Shown here: positions 61,854-64,000 of the stretch, piece after piece
Numbering within the stretch: the first letter of the stretch is position 1
Layout: every line of letters begins with the position of its first letter
Source: Shigella phage SSG23
Sequence record: PQ351811
Direction: 5' to 3' (one strand)
DNA: 64,000 nucleotides
Notes under the pieces: generated by a model
The model's input: only the letters and a program-made list of their open reading frames with translations
Told to the model about the DNA's origin: nothing
Database searches by the model: none
Translations under genes and position numbers: made by a program

Positions 61854-62171
61854 ATGATTGATATGAAGGTTACTTGCGAAAGTGCACATGTTGAAGTAGA
61901 ACAGGTATTATATCCATCTCAACGCGTTACGGTGACTTTAGACGAGGTGGATCTGGCTAATAGTGTTACCGTTGAAGATATTGCTAACGAGTATGACCAT
62001 GATGAACTGTTAGATGCAATCCCTGAACATGTTGTCATTCAGCATGTAGTAAGCAATAATGATCCATCGACTTTCATTAAAGAATATGGCGCTGATGAAA
62101 TGCTCGATGAAATTGGCGAAAAGATTGTTATTGCATGGCTTGAAAACAACGGTTATACTGTAGAACAATAA
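61854..62171 (+). CDS. acidic hypothetical protein
   Basis: Track ORF 61848 (TTG), ATG 61854 after AGAGGAA. Confidence 0.5.
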   Translation: MIDMKVTCESAHVEVEQVLYPSQRVTVTLDEVDLANSVTVEDIANEYDHDELLDAIPEHVVIQHVVSNNDPSTFIKEYGADEMLDEIGEKIVIAWLENNGYTVEQ

Positions 62172-62178
62172 TCAACAT

Positions 62179-62200
62179 AGGCCGCTTTGCGCGGCCTTTC
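62179..62200 (+). terminator. intrinsic terminator
   Basis: AGGCCGC-TTTGC-GCGGCCT followed by TTCTT. Confidence 0.5.
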
Positions 62201-62216
62201 TTAGAGGGAATATATT

Positions 62217-62510
62217 ATGACGGTCACGATTATTACCAAATACGACGACGAAAATGTGATTTACGGTGATGTGGTTGTTGTTCACGGTCGTAGCATGAAA
62301 GTTACTGGTAATTGTAAAGATGGTGCTATTATTTGCGGTGAACTTGTGCGAACCGTCAATCCTATCACCGACGAACAAAAGCGAGACATTATCAGAAAAT
62401 TTAAAGACAGCGGATATTGTAACGTTGTGGTGATTCAAGAAAAATTTGAAGTAGGACACCTATACACAAACCAGAAAACAATTCCAGTATCAATGATGAA
62501 AGGCGGTTAA
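62217..62510 (+). CDS. hypothetical protein
   Basis: Track ORF after AGAGGGAATATATTATG. Confidence 0.5.
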   Translation: MTVTIITKYDDENVIYGDVVVVHGRSMKVTGNCKDGAIICGELVRTVNPITDEQKRDIIRKFKDSGYCNVVVIQEKFEVGHLYTNQKTIPVSMMKGG

Positions 62511-62512
62511 TA

Positions 62513-62875
62513 ATGCTAGGTCATTCTAAAATAGAAGATTGCTCATTCAGAGCAATGAAAGATGATTTTTCTGTCCTGTATGCGTCTATCCGAGAATTGT
62601 TTGTAGATTTTAAGCAATTCAGGGAATACAAAGGCGTTAAGATGCGGGAGTGGGTATTCTGGCCTTTCTATATCATTACTCTGTTTTCTATGGTATTTTG
62701 TTTTGTCGGGATCACTATCGCTAGCTTTGTCACTTGCGTTTTCCTGATTATCCGGTGTATCATGTTTGCTTTGATTGCTGCCCCGTTTATTGTTTCAATC
62801 CTTCCGTTAAAATGGCTATTGGATTGGGCTGATAAATCTGATAAAGTAAAGAATGTGATTTGTAAGCGTGTATGA
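62513..62875 (+). CDS. membrane protein
   Basis: Track ORF; two strongly hydrophobic segments. Confidence 0.5.
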   Translation: MLGHSKIEDCSFRAMKDDFSVLYASIRELFVDFKQFREYKGVKMREWVFWPFYIITLFSMVFCFVGITIASFVTCVFLIIRCIMFALIAAPFIVSILPLKWLLDWADKSDKVKNVICKRV

Positions 62876-62882
62876 GGTGAAG

Positions 62883-64000
62883 ATGGATAAAATTAGTCAA
62901 ATTATAAACACAATTACTTACCGTAGCCTTGAAAGCATTGTACACAATGAAGCTAAGGAATATGCGATCTATTCTGCCGAGGAACGCGGGATTCCTCAAT
63001 TAGTAGATGGGCTTAAACCAGTGCAACGCTTTGTTATGGAATGTGCTTTGCAAAAGAGTAAAGGCGACCGTAAGAAATTCCGTAAGATGGCAGATATTGG
63101 ATCTGGTGTTGCTGAGTTGGGGTATCACCACGGGGAAACTAATGCCGTAGAAGCTGGATCACTCATGGCGAATACATGGAGCAATAATACTCCACTGCTT
63201 GACGGTCAAGGTAACTTTGGATCGCGTTTAGTCCAGAAAGCGGGGGCAGCACGTTATATCTTTGCTCGTGTGCATGAAAACTTCTTTAAAATCTATAAAG
63301 ATATGAATTGCGCACCTAAGCACGAAGATCTGGAACACATCCCGCCAGCATTCTACTTGCCAGTCGTGCCAATGGTATTAGCTAATGGTATTAGTGGTAT
63401 TGCTACAGGGTACAAAACTGACATTTTACCGCATTCACTGGAAAGCCTCATTGAATGCACAGAGCTAGCACTTGCCGGAAAACTGGATAAAGAACCTACT
63501 GTTCAATTCCCGAAATTCACGGGTAAAGTTATCCCGCGAGATGATCGCGATGGTGTGATTCTTGAGGGTACATATGAACTAAACGGCAAGACTAAGCTGA
63601 CAATAACGGAAGTTCCTTATAAGTTCGACCGTGAAGAATATGTAGCGGTACTGGATGCGCTGGAAGAAAAAGATCTGATTGTATCGTATAATGACCGTTG
63701 CTCTAAGGACGGATTCAGATTTGAAGTAACCCTGAAACGCGATTATTTCAAAAGTGAAGATGAATCCGCTCGACATGAGCAGATCATGAAGGATTTTAAG
63801 TTAACGCAGCTAGTAGCACAGAATATCGTAGTAGTTAACGAACGTGGTTTAGTTGAAGTATTCGAGAAAGCGAGCGATCTGATCCGTCGATTCGTCGAAA
63901 TCAGATTAGGCTATGTAGATAAACGCATTGAATTGATGCAAGCCGAAACACTGGAAGCATACAATTATGCAATGGCTAAAGCAGAATTTATCGACCGCGT
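62883..64000 (+). CDS. 52: DNA topoisomerase II medium subunit gp52 (partial, runs off window)
   Basis: ATG after GAGGTG; GLKPVQRFV, GYHHGE, LLDGQGNFGSR, RYIFARV match GyrA/ParC-like gp52; no stop before window end. Confidence 0.85.
   Translation, partial: MDKISQIINTITYRSLESIVHNEAKEYAIYSAEERGIPQLVDGLKPVQRFVMECALQKSKGDRKKFRKMADIGSGVAELGYHHGETNAVEAGSLMANTWSNNTPLLDGQGNFGSRLVQKAGAARYIFARVHENFFKIYKDMNCAPKHEDLEHIPPAFYLPVVPMVLANGISGIATGYKTDILPHSLESLIECTELALAGKLDKEPTVQFPKFTGKVIPRDDRDGVILEGTYELNGKTKLTITEVPYKFDREEYVAVLDALEEKDLIVSYNDRCSKDGFRFEVTLKRDYFKSEDESARHEQIMKDFKLTQLVAQNIVVVNERGLVEVFEKASDLIRRFVEIRLGYVDKRIELMQAETLEAYNYAMAKAEFIDR

Noticed and set aside
903-63776. All minus-strand ORFs in the track (e.g. 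29562..30083, 40607..41101, 18393..18812, 19936..20343, 45263..45697)
   Set aside because: Each lies entirely antisense to a well-supported plus-strand gene, lacks an SD, and the plus-strand genes tile the window with RBS, overlap and promoter signals; judged to be shadow ORFs.
1-64000. Prophage or mobile-element boundaries (integrase, transposase, att sites, host flanks)
   Set aside because: No integrase/transposase-like ORF and no host-like gene block; the whole window is colinear with a lytic T4-like genome. GrcA looks host-derived but is embedded between phage promoter cassettes.

Overview
Dense, single-strand (+) coding window from a T4-like myovirus (Tevenvirinae-type), covering the early/DNA-metabolism half of the genome in T4 synteny: endolysin region, regB, tk, rI, dam, nrdC, 49, nrdD, nrdG, 55, 47, 46, rpbA, 45, 44, 62, regA, 43, uvsX, 40, 41, 61, 56, dda, dexA, 39, rIIA, rIIB, 52 (partial). 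Gene identities come from reading the translated ORFs against remembered T4 proteins and motifs; no database search was run. Transcription signals are unusually stereotyped: about 20 near-consensus sigma70 promoters (TTGACA-17-TATAAT), many followed by a conserved leader and a GGAG Shine-Dalgarno, resembling the 'PeSL' promoter/stem-loop cassettes of RB49-like phages, plus two exact T4-late TATAAATA motifs. No middle-promoter signals, tRNAs, CRISPR arrays, integrases or transposases were seen. Genes 42, bgt and agt are absent from their T4-syntenic slots while a gp56-like dCTPase and Dam are present. The accessory content is the most interesting part: an orphan gp38-like polyglycine adhesin and a 715-aa Ig-like protein sit in the early hyperplastic region; a TARG1/DarG-like macro domain, a GrcA-like glycyl-radical cofactor, a minimal nucleotidyltransferase, a signal-peptide lytic transglycosylase, an ADP-ribosyltransferase-like protein and a 489-aa P-loop NTPase are present; and two multi-copy paralog families form tandem arrays around nrdD/nrdG. 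All minus-strand ORFs in the track look like antisense shadows.
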